Positions 42,470-55,508 of a DNA stretch of 64,000 nt are shown here, piece after piece. The stretch is taken from NCBI GenBank assembly GCA_002269645.1, contig NIVC01001178.1:186001-250000 (forward strand), in the 5' to 3' direction. The number at the start of each line of letters is the position of its first letter. The stretch's first letter is position 1. Below the pieces are notes generated by a model, which searched no databases, was not told the origin of the DNA, and worked only from the letters and a program-made list of their open reading frames with translations. The DNA is from Macrostomum lignano (lineage: Eukaryota). The position numbers and the translations under genes are program-made.

Positions 42470-42720
42470 AGCCATAACCTAGTGGTCTAGAGGAGTGCTC
42501 TAATGTGCCAGCAGCCTAGACTCAATTCCCAAGTGCAGTCGTGTTAATTGAGGCTAAATTGGAATCTCATCTTGGGTCTGCTTGTGTAATTACTGCCCTT
42601 GAGGGTCAACCCACTCAAGGCACAATGAAGTGTACACTCTTGTGTGTCTGCTTAGGGGTGTTGACAGTGTAGGCAGTAATGCCTCTCACTGGCAATGAAA
42701 CAATGCTGCTTTAAGTGCAC
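42470..42720 (+). mobile_element. SINE family B, CpG-decayed copy
   Basis: cctagtgg...agactcaattcccaagtgcagtc...aaattggaatctc...gagggtcaaccc aligns to the 30.3-30.6 kb copy, with CG changed to CA or TG. Confidence 0.65.
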
Positions 42721-43714
42721 TAGGGTATAACTATCTTTTGTATCTTAAACAAGCCAACACATTTAATATTTGTTCATTTTCATATATATTTTGCATTAAC
42801 TAATCTGTAGCATAGAATCTCCAACTAATAATACTAAAAATGAAAACTTCTCCAACTAAAACTAGGAAAACAAAAAATATTAATTACTTCACAAAACAAA
42901 TGCTTAGCTTGGCTTGTTAATAAATGATTATTAAGACTAAAATAAATAAATATGCTTTAAAAATAAAAGTACATTGTGGCAACCTAATCAGTGTGCAGCC
43001 AGTTTAGAAGGTGCACTTGCACTAAAACTAAAGTATTTGACCTACTATATTGGGATAGATGCACTCAGTCTAACATAGTTTGCTTAGCTAGAGGTTGGCT
43101 TTTCTTATGCCACTATTTTGCACACAATTTTAAAAGGCCAGTAAACCATGCAATATTCTATAATATACATACTAGCTACTTTATCAGTAATCACCAAGGT
43201 TGCATAACTAACTAAAGTAAACTAACTAAACTATAACTAACTAAATCCAACTAAAGTACTTTACTAATAGGTAAATTATAAGGAGCATGTCTATATGATG
43301 GCTATAATAGAGGTCTACCTAGAAAAAGCAGATATCTTCATTAGCATTAGCCTATCCATATCAACAATCACTTGCCACTTTGGAGAAATAGCCATTGATA
43401 ATTTGATATTATGTATAGTCAACACATAAGAAACACTTAAGATGCAAGGTTGTCATCTCCTTCCATTGCTTTTTATTTTTGATGATAATCTAAAACCATT
43501 ATTTAATATTTATATGATTTTTTAACATTTTTAGTTATCTAAATACCTTCAAAATATTGATTTATTAATAAAAATTTAGATTAAATAGAAATATTGAATT
43601 AAACAAGCCATGACCATGTGATCCTAATAATGTTTAGATCTAAGAGCAAAACTCAAGTCTGAAGATTGAAATATATTGCCTTGGGTAACTAGTACTTAAG
43701 TCTGGGGCCAATGT

Positions 43715-44400
43715 ATAGATAAATTTATTAGTAAAAAGAAGAGAGGAAAAAGAAAGCAATTATGATAAAAAAGAAAGTGGAAATAGGATATGATAGAGAG
43801 AAAATAAAGGGGAGTAAAGTGGGAATAAAGAAGAAAAAAGGAGAGAGAAAAAGGAAAAAGAAAAAAGAAGAGATCAGATAGAAAAGAGAAAGCATAAAGT
43901 AGGAAGAAAAAAATGAGAAAAGAGAAAAGAGGATAGATATAAGTATAGAAGAGAAAGAAGAGAGAAGAGAGGGAGAAAAGGAAGGGAATAAAAAAAGAAA
44001 AAAGAGAAAAGAAAGAATAGTGGAAAGAAGAGAGAAAAAGGGTAGAAAAAAAGAAAATAAACAGAAGAGAAAGAAAAAAGAAGAGAGAAGTAAATGAAAG
44101 AGGAAAGATGAGAAAGCAAAAATGAATGCTAAGAAAGGAAATATGATAGAGCAGAGATAAGAGAGAAAAAAGGGATGAGAGAGCAAAAATGAGAGAAAAG
44201 AAGAAAGAGCAAAGAGAAAAGGGAAGAGAACAAAGAGAGGAGAGAATAAAGACAGAGAAGATGAGAGAAAATAAAATAAAAAAGAAATGGGAGAGAAGAA
44301 ACAAGAGAAAAGAAAAAAATAAAAGATAAGAGAAAAAAGAGAAGATAGGAGAAAAGAGGAAACTAAGAAATTAAAAAGGAAAGGAAAGGTTGATAAGATA
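43715..44400. repeat. A/G-rich low-complexity tract
   Basis: Almost purely purine. Confidence 0.9.
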
Positions 44401-45289
44401 TCTTTTTTTCTTTATTGATAGGTTGCTTTGGATTATATTGTCTAATAAAATAGTTAAGTACTAAATGGTTAAGTTTTATTTCTTAGCTATGATATTTAAA
44501 AAGTTTTATAGGCCTAGAGGATTTGAAAGGTAAGATTTAGGTCACAGAATTTAGCTAATCAATTTTAGATTTAGATAATAGAATTTTGGCAATAGGAGTT
44601 CAAACCTCATTTTCTTAATAGAAGATGTCCACTTGTAATAGGCTAGCCTACTATAATAATAGTGTACATGTGCAGTGATTTTGTCTGCTGCCTTTTTGTC
44701 TATGGGCAGATGAAACAACTTTTTCTGGCAGACAAATCGGACGTGGGTCCTAGAATTTTTGCAGTCTACATTCTACGATGAATGGACTTTTATGAATTAA
44801 AACAAATAAAAATGAAAGTATAATATTTCTATTATAAAATAAAATCATGACACTAGGCTCCATTCTATCTACCTAGGCCTACCACTCTAGATTAGGGGTC
44901 CCTAACCTATTGTTGGCAATGGGCTGCATTAGATTAGGCCTAGACATTAGTTAGGCCTATCTAAGATACATGGATTTCATAGACACTGCTATATAATATC
45001 CATAAAAGTTAAAGTCTGCCTTGTGCGTATTATTAATATTAGCTATAACTAGCAATCTAGCGCGGCCCCCCTTTAGGGCGCCCAATAAGAAAGGAGCAAA
45101 AATAGTTCACGGAAAACAATAAAAAAGCACATTTTCTTAAACACCAATTTCTTCTTCACTTTTAAATATCACCTTAGCTTGTATTTGGGTACAATTGTCA
45201 TGGACAAAGATGTTTAAAAAGTGAAAGAATCACTTTTTCTCTAAAATTAACAAACAGACAACCAACAAAATATAGCTTCCCCTAAATAG

Positions 45290-45640
45290 AAAATATTCCC
45301 AAGACAGCAAGCACCCCCCTCCAAAAGTAAACAACCGCAGATAGCAAGCATCCTCTAATGCTCATAGCAAGCATCACCCTAGATAGCAAGCATCTGCAGA
45401 TAACAAGCATCCCCCAGATAGAAGCATCCTGTAGATAGGAAGCACCCCCCCAGATATTATCGAAGCATCCACATAAATAGCAAGCATCCTGCAGATAGCA
45501 AGAATCCCTAAATAGCAAGCATCCTTGGATAGAAAGAATCCCATACATGTAGCCAGTACCCCCCCCCTCCCAAATAGCAAATATCCCCCCTTGAGAGCAA
45601 GCATCCTCTAGATAGCAAGCATCCGCGAGACAGCAAGTAG
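45290..45640. repeat. ~17-bp array GATAGCAAGCACCCCCA (degenerate)
   Basis: Same family as 49430-49985. Confidence 0.85.
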
Positions 45641-45819
45641 CTAGTGCAAATGTTACCTCTGCTAATGCAATAATCGCTTTCTCAGGTTGTGCAACAATCC
45701 ACGTCTCAATGAGCGCAATATCTCTCTTTTAGACAGCGCAATAATCAGCTTCTCAGCTAATGCAATAATCCTTTACTCATCAAGTCCAAAAATTGATGTC
45801 TCAGCTAGTGCAAAAGCCC

Positions 45820-47680
45820 TTTCTAATCTAGTGCAATAATCCTTGGCTTATCAAGTGCAATAATCCTTGGTTTATCAAGTGCAATATTCATTGTTATCAA
45901 AGTGCAATAATCTTTGGCTTATCAAGTGCAATATTCTTTATTATCAAGTGCAATAATTGATGGCTTATCAAGTGCAATAATCCTTGGTTTATCAAGTGCA
46001 ATAATCCTTGGTTTATCAAGTGCAATAATCCTTGGTTTATCAAGTGCAGTAATCTTTGGTTTATCAAGTGCAATAATCCTTGGTATATCAAATGCAATAA
46101 TCTTTGGCTTATCAAGTGCAATAATCATTGGCTTATCAAGTGCAATAATCCTTGGTGTATCAAATGCAATAATCTTTGGCTTATCAAGTACAATAATCAT
46201 TGGCTTATCAAGTGCAATAATCCTTGGTTTATCAAGTGCAGTAATCTTTGGTTTATCAAGTGCAATAATCCTTGGTATATCAAATGCAATAATCTTTGGC
46301 TTATCAAGTGCAATAATCATTGGCTTATCAAGTGCAATAATCCTTGGTTTATCAAGCGCAGTAATCTTTGGCTTATCAAGTGCAATAATCTTTGGTTTAT
46401 CAAGCGCAGTAATCTTTGGCTTATCAAGTGCAATAATCTTTGGTTTATCAAGTGCAGTAATCTTTGGTTTATCAAGTGCAATAATCATTGGCTTATCAAG
46501 TGCAATATTCTTTATTATCAAGTGCAATAATCGATGGCTTATCAAGTGCAATAATCATTGGTTTATCAAGTGCAGAAATCTTTGGCTTATCAAGTGCAAT
46601 AATCTTTGGTTTATCAAGCGCAGTAATCTTTGGCTTATCAAGTGCAATAATCCTTGGTGTATCAAATGCAATAATCTTTGGCTTATCAAGTGCAATAATC
46701 ATTGGCTTATCAAGTGCAATAATCTTTGGCTTATCAAGTGCAATATTTATTGGCTTATCAAGTGCAATAATCCTTGGTTTATCAAGCGCAGTAATCTTTG
46801 GCTTATCAAATGCAGTAATCATTGGCTTATCAAGTGCAATAATCCTTGGTTTATCAAGTGCAAAAATCCTTACAGTAATCCTTGGTTTATCAAGTGCAAT
46901 AACGCTTGGTTTATCAAGTGCAATAATCCTTGGCTTATCAAGTGCAATAATCCTTGGCTTATCAAGTGCAATAATCCTTGGTTTATCAAGCGCAGTAATC
47001 CTTAGTTTATCAAGCACAGTATAATCCTTGCTTTATCAAGTGCAATAATCCTTATTTTATCAAGAACAGTAATCCTTGGTTTATCAAGTGCAGTAATCTT
47101 TGGTTTATCAAGTGCAACAATCCTTGGTTTATCAAGTGCAGTAATCCTTGGTTTATCAAGTGCAATAATCCTTGGTTTATCAAGTGCAGTAATTCTAGGT
47201 TTATCAAGTGCAATAATATTTGGTTTATTAAGTGCAGTAATCCTTGGTTTATCAAGTTCAGTAATTATTGTTTTTTCAAGTGCAATAACCCTTGGTTTAT
47301 CAAGTGCAATATTCCTTGATTTATCAAGCGAAGTTATCCTTGGTTTATCAAGTGCAATAATCCTTAGTTTGTAAAGCATAGTAATCTTTGGTTTATCAAG
47401 TGCAATAATCCTTAGTTTGTAAAGCATAGTAATCTTTGGTTTATCAAGTGCAATAATCCTTAGGCCCCTATTTTATCAAGAATAGTAATCCTTGGTTTAT
47501 CAAGTGCAGTAATCTTTGGTTCATCAAGTGCAATAATCCTTGATTTATCAAGTGCAGTAGTCCTTGGTTTATCAAGTGCAATAACCCTTGGCTTATCAAG
47601 CGCAGTAATTCTTGGTTTATCAAATGCAATAATCCTTGATTTATTATCAAGTGCAGTAATCCTTGGTTTATCTAGCGCCA
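45820..47680. repeat. 24-bp array TCAAGTGCAATAATCCTTGGTTTA
   Basis: About 75 units with a duplicated block of about 575 bp. Confidence 0.95.
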
Positions 47681-47734
47681 TGATTCAGGTCTTTTTATTT
47701 AGTTTTTTTTAATAAAAGCTAATAAAAAGTAGAA

Positions 47735-48770
47735 GACATTCTTAGAATACAAAGTAGAAGAGATTCTTAGAATAGAAAGTAGAAGACATTCTTAGAATAC
47801 AAAGTAGAAGACATTCTAAGAATACAAAGTAGAAGAGATTCTTAGAATACAAAGTAGAAAAGATTCTTACAATACAAAGTAGAAGACATTCTTCAAATAC
47901 AAAGTAGAAGAGATTCTTAGAATAGAAAGTAGAAGACATTCTTAGAATACAAATTAGAAGAGATTCTTAGAATACAAAGTAGAAGACATTCTTAGAATAC
48001 AAAGTAGAAGACATTCTTCGAATAGAAAGTAGAAGAGATTCTTATAATACAAGTAAAAGAGATTCTTAGAATACAAAGTAGAAGACATTCTTAGAATACA
48101 ACAAAGTAGAAGAGATTCTTAGAATACAAATTAGAAGACATTCTTAGAATAAAAAGTAGAAGAGATTCTTAGAATACAAAGTAGAAGTCATTCTTAGAAT
48201 ACAAAGTAGAAGATATTTTTAGAATACAAAGTAGAAGAGATTCCTAGAAAACAAAGTAGAATTCATTCTAAGAATACAAAGTAGAAGAGATTCTTAGAAT
48301 ACAAAGTAGAAGACATTCCTAGAATAGAAAGTAGAAGACATTCTTAGAATACAAAGTAGAAGACATTCTTAGAATACAAAGTAGAAAACATTCTTAGAAT
48401 ACAACAAAGTAGAAGAGATTCTTAGAATACAAAGTAGAATTCATTCTAAGAATACAAAGTAGAAGAGAATCTTAGAACACAAAGTAGAAGAGATTCTTAG
48501 AATAGAAAGTAGAAGACATTCTTAGAATAGAAAGTAGAAGACATTCTTAGAATAGAAAGTAGAAGACATTCTTGGAATACAACAAAGTAGAAGAGATTCT
48601 TAGAATACAAAAAGTAAAAGACATTCTTAGAATACAAAGTAGAAGACATCTTAGAATACAACAAAGTAGAAGAGATTCTTAGAATACAAAAAGTAGAAGA
48701 CATTCTTAGAATACAAAGTAGAAGAGATTCTTAGAATGCAAAAGTAGAAGAGATTCTTAGAATAGATTTA
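47735..48770. repeat. 24-bp array AGACATTCTTAGAATACAAAGTAG(A)
   Basis: About 42 units. Confidence 0.95.
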
Positions 48771-49429
48771 TATATCCAACACTCACACCAATTCAATTGA
48801 GTTAAAGTCACACAAAGCAGTTATGACATAATCAATTTCTTAGGCAAGTCAGTACCAGTCTCTATTAAAGTTAGCAATATGGTTACGCAATATAAATCAA
48901 GTGTTATGCTATGCTTCCACACTGCGTTTTCAATACTGTGACGCAATTCAATTCAGTGTCAAAATTCAGCCAGTACATAGACAATAAATAAAAAGCCTAT
49001 TATAATGATGCAATCTATTTCAGAATCAGAATTCAACCAGTCAGTTTTTTTTCTAGCATTCTTAAAATGCATTTCAAGTCAAAAAGTTTGCTTGACCTTT
49101 GCAAAAAAGCATGTTTTTTTGAATATTTAATCCCTTTAGCATTTACCAATTTCTTAGCCAAGATACATGTACTGTCCCGGGAAAATTTCTGATCGAACAG
49201 TGCAAATTCGAACAAAATTGGTCAAGCCATTCAGGAGAAAATCAATTTTGTACAAACAAACAACTCATTTTTAGTATATGGACTAGCAATCTTCGCCCCC
49301 CGATGGGGGACATCTAGATAGAATCTCTGTTCTCTGCAAGTATCAATAAGATGGTCAAACAAAGCCTTCACAATTCACATAGTCAATAAAAAAACTGCTC
49401 AGATGAAGTGCAATGCAAAAAGAAAACAT

Positions 49430-49985
49430 CCTAAGACAGCAAGCATCCCCCCAGATAGCAAGCACCTCCAGATAGCAAGCACCCCCCAGATAGCAGGCAC
49501 CCCTAGTTAGCAAGCACCCCCAGATAGCAAGCACCCCCCAGATAGCAGGCACCCCCCAGATAGCAAGCACCCCCCAGATAGCAGGCACCCCCCAGATAGC
49601 AAGCATCCCCCAGATAGCAAGCACCTCCAGATAGCAAGCACCCCCAGATAGCAAGCACCACCAGATAGCAAGCACCCCCAGATAGCAGGCTCTCCCAGAT
49701 AGCAAGCACCCCCAGATAGTAGGCTCTCCCAGATAGCAAGCACCCCAGATAGCAAGCACCCTCAGATAGCAAGCACCCCCGATAACAAGCACCCCAGAAA
49801 GCAAGCACCCCCAGATAGCAAGCACCCCCAGATAGCAAGCACCCCCAGATAGCAAGCACCCCAGATAGCAAGCAACCAATTGATAGCAAGCAACCAATTG
49901 ATAGCAAGCACCCCAAGATAGCAAGCACCCCAGATAGCAAGCAACCAATTGATAGCAAGTATTGATCCTTAAATAGCAAGCATCC
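49430..49985. repeat. 16-18-bp array GATAGCAAGCACCCCCA
   Basis: Tandem copies. Confidence 0.93.
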
Positions 49986-50079
49986 ACTGGACAATAAGTA
50001 GCAAGTGCAACAATTTCTTTAGCTTTATAATGGCTCCTTTGTGATTGGCATGACGCTTCTTTTTACATTTGAAATTGCG

Positions 50080-51345
50080 TCTCCTATGTTTGACTTGGTG
50101 GCTCTTTACTGTTCGACATAGTGGCTCTTTAATGTTTGACATGGTGGCTCTTCTATTTTTGACATGGTGGCTCTTTAATGTTCTACATGGTGGCCCTTTA
50201 ATGTTCGACATGGTGGCTCTTTACTGTTAGACATGGTGGCTCTTTAATGTTTGACATCATGCCACATTTATGTTTGACATGGTGGCTCTTTAATGTTCGA
50301 CATGGTGGCTCTTTTAGGTTTGATATAATGGCTCTTTAATGTTTGACATGGTGGCTCTTTAATGTTCGACATGGTGGCTCTTTTATGTTAGACATGGTGG
50401 CTCTTTTAGGTTTGACATGATGGCACTTTTATGTTTTGACATGGTGGCTCTTTAATGTTTGACATAATGGCTCTTTTATGTTTGACAATGTGGCTCTTTA
50501 ATGTTTTACATGGTGGCTCTTCAATGTTCGACATGGTGGCTCTTTAATGTTCGACATGGTGGCTCTTTAATGTTTGAAATGGTGGCTCTTTAATGTTTGA
50601 CATAAAGTAACATATATGTTGGACATGGTGGATCTTTAATGTTCGACATGGTGGCTCTTTTATGTTCGACATGGTGGCTCTCTTTATTATGACATGGTGG
50701 CTCTCTTTATTATGACATGGTGGCTCTTCTATGTTTGACATGGTGGCTCTTAAATCTTTGACATGGTGGCTTCTAAATGTTTGACATGGTGGCTCTTTAA
50801 TGTTCGAAATGGTGGCTCTTTAAAATTCTACATGGTGGCTCTTTAATGTTCGACATGGTGGCTCTTTAATGTTCGAAATGGTGGCTCTTTAATGTTTGAA
50901 ATGGTGGCTCTTTATTGTTTGACATAAAGTCACATATATGTTTGACATGGTGGCTCCTAAATGTTTGACATAGTGACTCTTTATGTTTGACATGGTGGCT
51001 CTTTTATGTTCGAAATGGTGGCTCTTTAATGTTTGAAATGGTGGCTCTTTATTGTTTGACATAAAGTCACATATATGTTTGACATGGTGGCTCTTTTATG
51101 TTCGACATGGTGGATCTTTTTTGTTCTATATGGTAACTCTTTTATGTTTGATACGGTGGCTTTTTAATGTTTGACATGTTGGCTCTTTTATGTTTGACAT
51201 GGTGGCTATTTTATGTTTGACATGGTGGGTCTTTTATGTTTGACATGGTGGCTCTTAAATGTTCGACATGGTCGCTCTTCTATGTTTGACATGGTAACTC
51301 TTTTATGTTCGATATGTTGTCTCTTCTATGTTTGACATTGCGCTT
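50080..51345. repeat. 23-bp array ATGTT(C/T)GACATGGTGGCTCTTTA
   Basis: About 50 units; CG/TG dimorphism. Confidence 0.95.
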
Positions 51346-52965
51346 CTTTTATATTTAGCATTTTTTGTTTTTTTAAGTGTTTTAATAAAAAAATTTTTTT
51401 GCACTACTAAGATTCAAACCTAGGTCGCTACATTAGCATTCCAGTGTGTTCGCATCAGGGCTATCTCTTTTCAATTGGAGAACATGAATTGTGGCCCTTA
51501 TAATTCAATTCTTACAGCAAGTCACTTGGAGTAAAAAGTTATGACATAATCAATTTCTTAGTCAGCCAGTATCAGTCTCAATTTAAGTTAGCAATATTGG
51601 TTACGCAATTTAAATCAAGTCGTGTGTGCATTTTTTCGGCACTGTTTTCAACTTGTTGTGATGCAATCTTTATCACAATCGGAATTCAGTCAGTCAGTTT
51701 TTTTCTCTAGCATTCTTACAATGCATTTCAAGTTGAAAATTTGGCTTAACCTTTGCAGAAAAGCATGTTTTTTGAATATTTAATTCCTTTAACATTGAGC
51801 AATTTCTTAGCCAAGATGCATGTACCGTCCCAGGAAAATTTCTGATCGAATGGTGCAAGTTTGAAGAAAATTGGTTGAGCCATTTTTTCTGATATCTATC
51901 GCATAGCTAGTTAGTTACAGACATTTCATTTTTAGTATATAGGATAGAGGCTTGCACCCTTAAATCTTAAATGCCATGTCACTTATCAATAATCACTAAG
52001 TCCTAAGACTAGGCCCCTAAAAATAACTCAGCATCAGCAGACTGCATTGGAAAGAGTGATGCAGCTGCAGCTGTAGGCTGCGGGCCCAAACCAAACAGAA
52101 ATGGATACTGGATAGTATGGGGGCCCACTGGCCTAGGGCCGCAGGTTAAGGACCCCTTCATCCCTGCTCTAGACTAGGCCTAGCTTAGCTAGAGACTTGG
52201 GTCTAGGCTAGTCATTAGGTAGTTTAGTAGACCTAAAATTCATGGAGTTTTGTAGTCTCACTAGGCCTAGTCTGAGCGGTCTGGACCTAGAAATGACAAA
52301 TCGCTAAGTTTTTTAACCTAGGCGGATAGGCCTAGCGCCTAGCTAGCAATTTATAAGCCTTGTTGCCTAATTTCCCTAAGGCCAAGCTAACTAACATAAT
52401 GTACATTAAAATTTTACATGTCATAGGCGACGCGCATATACCCAGCAAGTAGTCAAGTTACTGCATGTCCGTGATTTCCCACTTGAACTTACTAATCTAT
52501 AGTCTTAAATTTAAAAATTAAAACAACATTTTTCCATAATACAAAGTTAAAACTGTTATTCTTATAAAAGTTTTTTATTTTAATGTTGCAAAATAATTTT
52601 AATTATAAGAAACAGCCTAGCTTGCAATTTAAAAACTATTGCCTTTGCTTTAAACAGTTTTCTTCGAAAGAAGCTTTTTTCTAAGAATAACAATTTTTTT
52701 AAAAGAAATAGTGTTAGGTATCCCCCCGAGCCGAATGAGCCTGACCAAAACTTTTTTGTTGTTCTTTGTTGCTATACATGCTACCATGTGACTCTGTCAC
52801 ACTTATCTTGGTGTGTCCCCCATAGAAACTTCACCTTGGACGTCCTTGGGGGTATCCACGCTTTTCGGTGCCTGTGCTTTTCGGTGCCCGGCAATCTGGG
52901 GCACCGAAATGCCGGGCACCGAAAATCACGGGCACCAAAATGCATGGAAACCTCCTTGGTGTATC

Positions 52966-52997
52966 CCCCCCATAGGAAATTCCTGGCTACGCCCCTG
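52966..52997. mobile_element. Solo terminal repeat of the same MITE family
   Basis: ccccccataggaaattcctggctacgcccctg matches the right end at 7850-7882. Confidence 0.5.
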
Positions 52998-53596
52998 TTT
53001 CGCATCTTACATCACAATTATTTAAATATTTATCTCATTTAGGCTTATTTCTTGTGTTGGTACTGGTAGTGTTTTGCAGTTAATGTTATTTTTCTTCGGG
53101 CCTATCACCTTGGCATTAGCTAGTAGGTCTAGGCCTATGGTCTATGACTACTGACTATTTTATGTTTTGAATAGTTTAGTCTTAGAGATAGCAGACTTGT
53201 ACTCAGCTACCAGTTGAATAAATAAATATGTTAGACTTCTTTTTTTCTTTCTAATCTAAAGCCTACTTTTAGAAAAGTGTAGGCCAACAGCCTTACACTA
53301 GGCCAGGTTCTAACCTCTATTTCCTATAATAACTTTTTGTTTAGCACATTGGGGTTAGATGCTTAGGCCAAAACCAAGAAAGTGGTAAATTTTTATTTGT
53401 ATGCCTAGTTTAAGCTATATGCTAATACAAAAATTTGTCATTTGACACTATGTTGGCCTATCTATTGTGTCATGTAGGCCTATGCCAGGATATTCCCTAG
53501 GGCTAGGGCTTAATGTATATTGAAAAAATGGTAGGACCCTTGTTTTGCACTGGGATTTCTGGGAATGCATATTACCTTCTGAATTATAGCTAGGCC

Positions 53597-53894
53597 CATA
53601 TATGCGCAACCTTCAAAATTTGGTTGGCCATGCAACTTAGTTTTAACAAAAATGTGACGTAGTTTTTAACTAAAAATGCAACTTACATGTAAAAAAACCC
53701 TAAAGCAAAATTAGCGCAACTTTGGGTAAATGGCAGAAGTAACTATAACTGTCTTATTAAGCAAAAATGCCTCATCAGCTACTTAATTCTACTACTTGGG
53801 TGTTTTTTCAGATGGGCATTTTTGCGACTTCCTTGGTTGGCTGCCAAATTAGTCAGCCAAATCAGCTAACTTGGCCATCTGTTGCGCATGTATG
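53597..53894. mobile_element. hAT-like MITE, about 300 bp
   Basis: TIRs CATATATGCGCAAC and GTTGCGCATGTATG. 8-bp flanks GCTAGGCC and ACTAGGCC (7/8, TSD-like). The same end motif recurs at about 56361-56375. Confidence 0.65.
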
Positions 53895-55508
53895 ACTAGG
53901 CCTAACCTAAGCCTACTATAGTGAAATTTATCCAAAATTAATAGACATAGGCCTTATCCTAATGCATTCTATGCAAAAAGTAAGGCATAAAAATAAATAT
54001 GTATGCATGCAAAACTTCAATAATTGTTTTTTTTTGTCTAAGTCTAAGTCTTTCTAGTCTAAGGGAGCTTTAATAAATTAATATTATAATAAAGTTACCA
54101 TTCTCTATTGCTACATTTATATCCATAAGTATAATATATATACTTTTGGGCAAAAAATCTATTGTTCTAAGTGCCCTTCTTTCTAAAAAATCTTTGTTCT
54201 ATACACTTGATTTATGAAATCATCAAGCCCTAACCTAAATATTTAAAAGCCAATACTTGGTGACCAAGTCTTAGTGACTTGCATGTTGTAGACCATTGTT
54301 ATCATTATTCTACTTCTAGGCCATAATCTAGGTCTAAGTCTAAAAAATTAAATAGTGTTATAAGGGATTTATTTATAGGCCTAGCTAAAAACAATAAAAA
54401 GATTTATTTATATAACTAATATATAATATTTTGACTAGGGCTTAGACTAGACCCAATTAATCTAACTAGTTCACAAGATAGCAAAAGTAGGTATAAAAAA
54501 CCAATCAACTAAGCTTAAAAATTGTATATATAAATCTATATATCCTTTAAAAAGAGTTAATAAACTAGTCTATATGGGTCACATATATGGTGAACTACAA
54601 AGTCTTTTTATCCAACTTGTAAGTCTTTTGGAACTTTACAATAGCAATCTAGCTTGCTCAAAAGATTTGTCTTTTCTTAACATGTTTCTCTAGCAATCTT
54701 TTTCTTTGCCTTTGTTTACCTTGTCTTTTCTCTTTTATTTCTCTTTTAACCTGCAAGAATGCACTAAACACTATATATATAGCCTTTAGGTAATATAATT
54801 GCTAACCCTGTTATATAGTAGATATAAGAATACACAAAAAATATTTTGAAAAAAGAAAAAGAATAAAAAGAAACCTATATAAATGATCAAAATAACCATA
54901 TCAAAAGAGAAAAAAACTTTAGCTATTTAATGCCAATTAGAAAAATGGTTTTAAGTTGCATATAGCCTTTTGTGGATGCTATCTAACTCAGTTTTAAATT
55001 TTAGTTCTGGCATGGCATAAGAAGTCTAGTGCATGTATACTAGTATAGAAAATTTATGGACAGATGATTGTAGCACAACATCGGAGGTTTCTATTTATGT
55101 CTAGATGGGTTTTTCTAAAAGCTCTTAGTATATATTCATAGGTTTTTGAACAGTATTTTAATAGAAACATGGAAGCAAAGCTAGATTGGAAATTAAAAGA
55201 CTCATTAGATACAACTATATTGTTTTAGTCAATCAAAATCTATTAAGTTTTACACATGTAGCAACTATATACCATGTATTAAGCATGTGTTTGAGTGCAT
55301 GTCTGCATAACTTGTATGTGCTCAAAATTCCACAAATATGATTAGCAGCAGCCATGAACCTACCAAGTATATAATATGTTGTTATAAGGATATTGATGTC
55401 AAACTATTACTATAATTTTTATATGGCATGCCAGATGACACTTAAAAATCTATCAAATGGCGTTTGTTTGCAGTCAGCCACAAAAGCTACCAAGTTACCG
55501 CTGCATCC

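Larger units (their letters stand above)
45048..49281 (+). mobile_element. Helitron/HINE-like non-autonomous element, copy 1, carrying three minisatellites
   Basis: Starts ACTAGCAATCT. Carries the GATAGCAAGCACCCC array. The 3' module (about 48790-49281) is shared with copy 2 and ends CATTTTTAGTATATGG. Confidence 0.5.
49282..51945 (+). mobile_element. Helitron/HINE-like element, copy 2, head-to-tail with copy 1
   Basis: Starts ACTAGCAATCT immediately after copy 1. Same first array and homologous 3' module (about 51495-51945), ending CATTTTTAGTATATAGGAT. Confidence 0.5.

Noticed and set aside
52422-52997. Single MITE bounded by CATAGGCG and CGCCCCTG
   Set aside because: The ends match only weakly and the flanks (TTACATGT versus TTTCGCAT) give no TSD.
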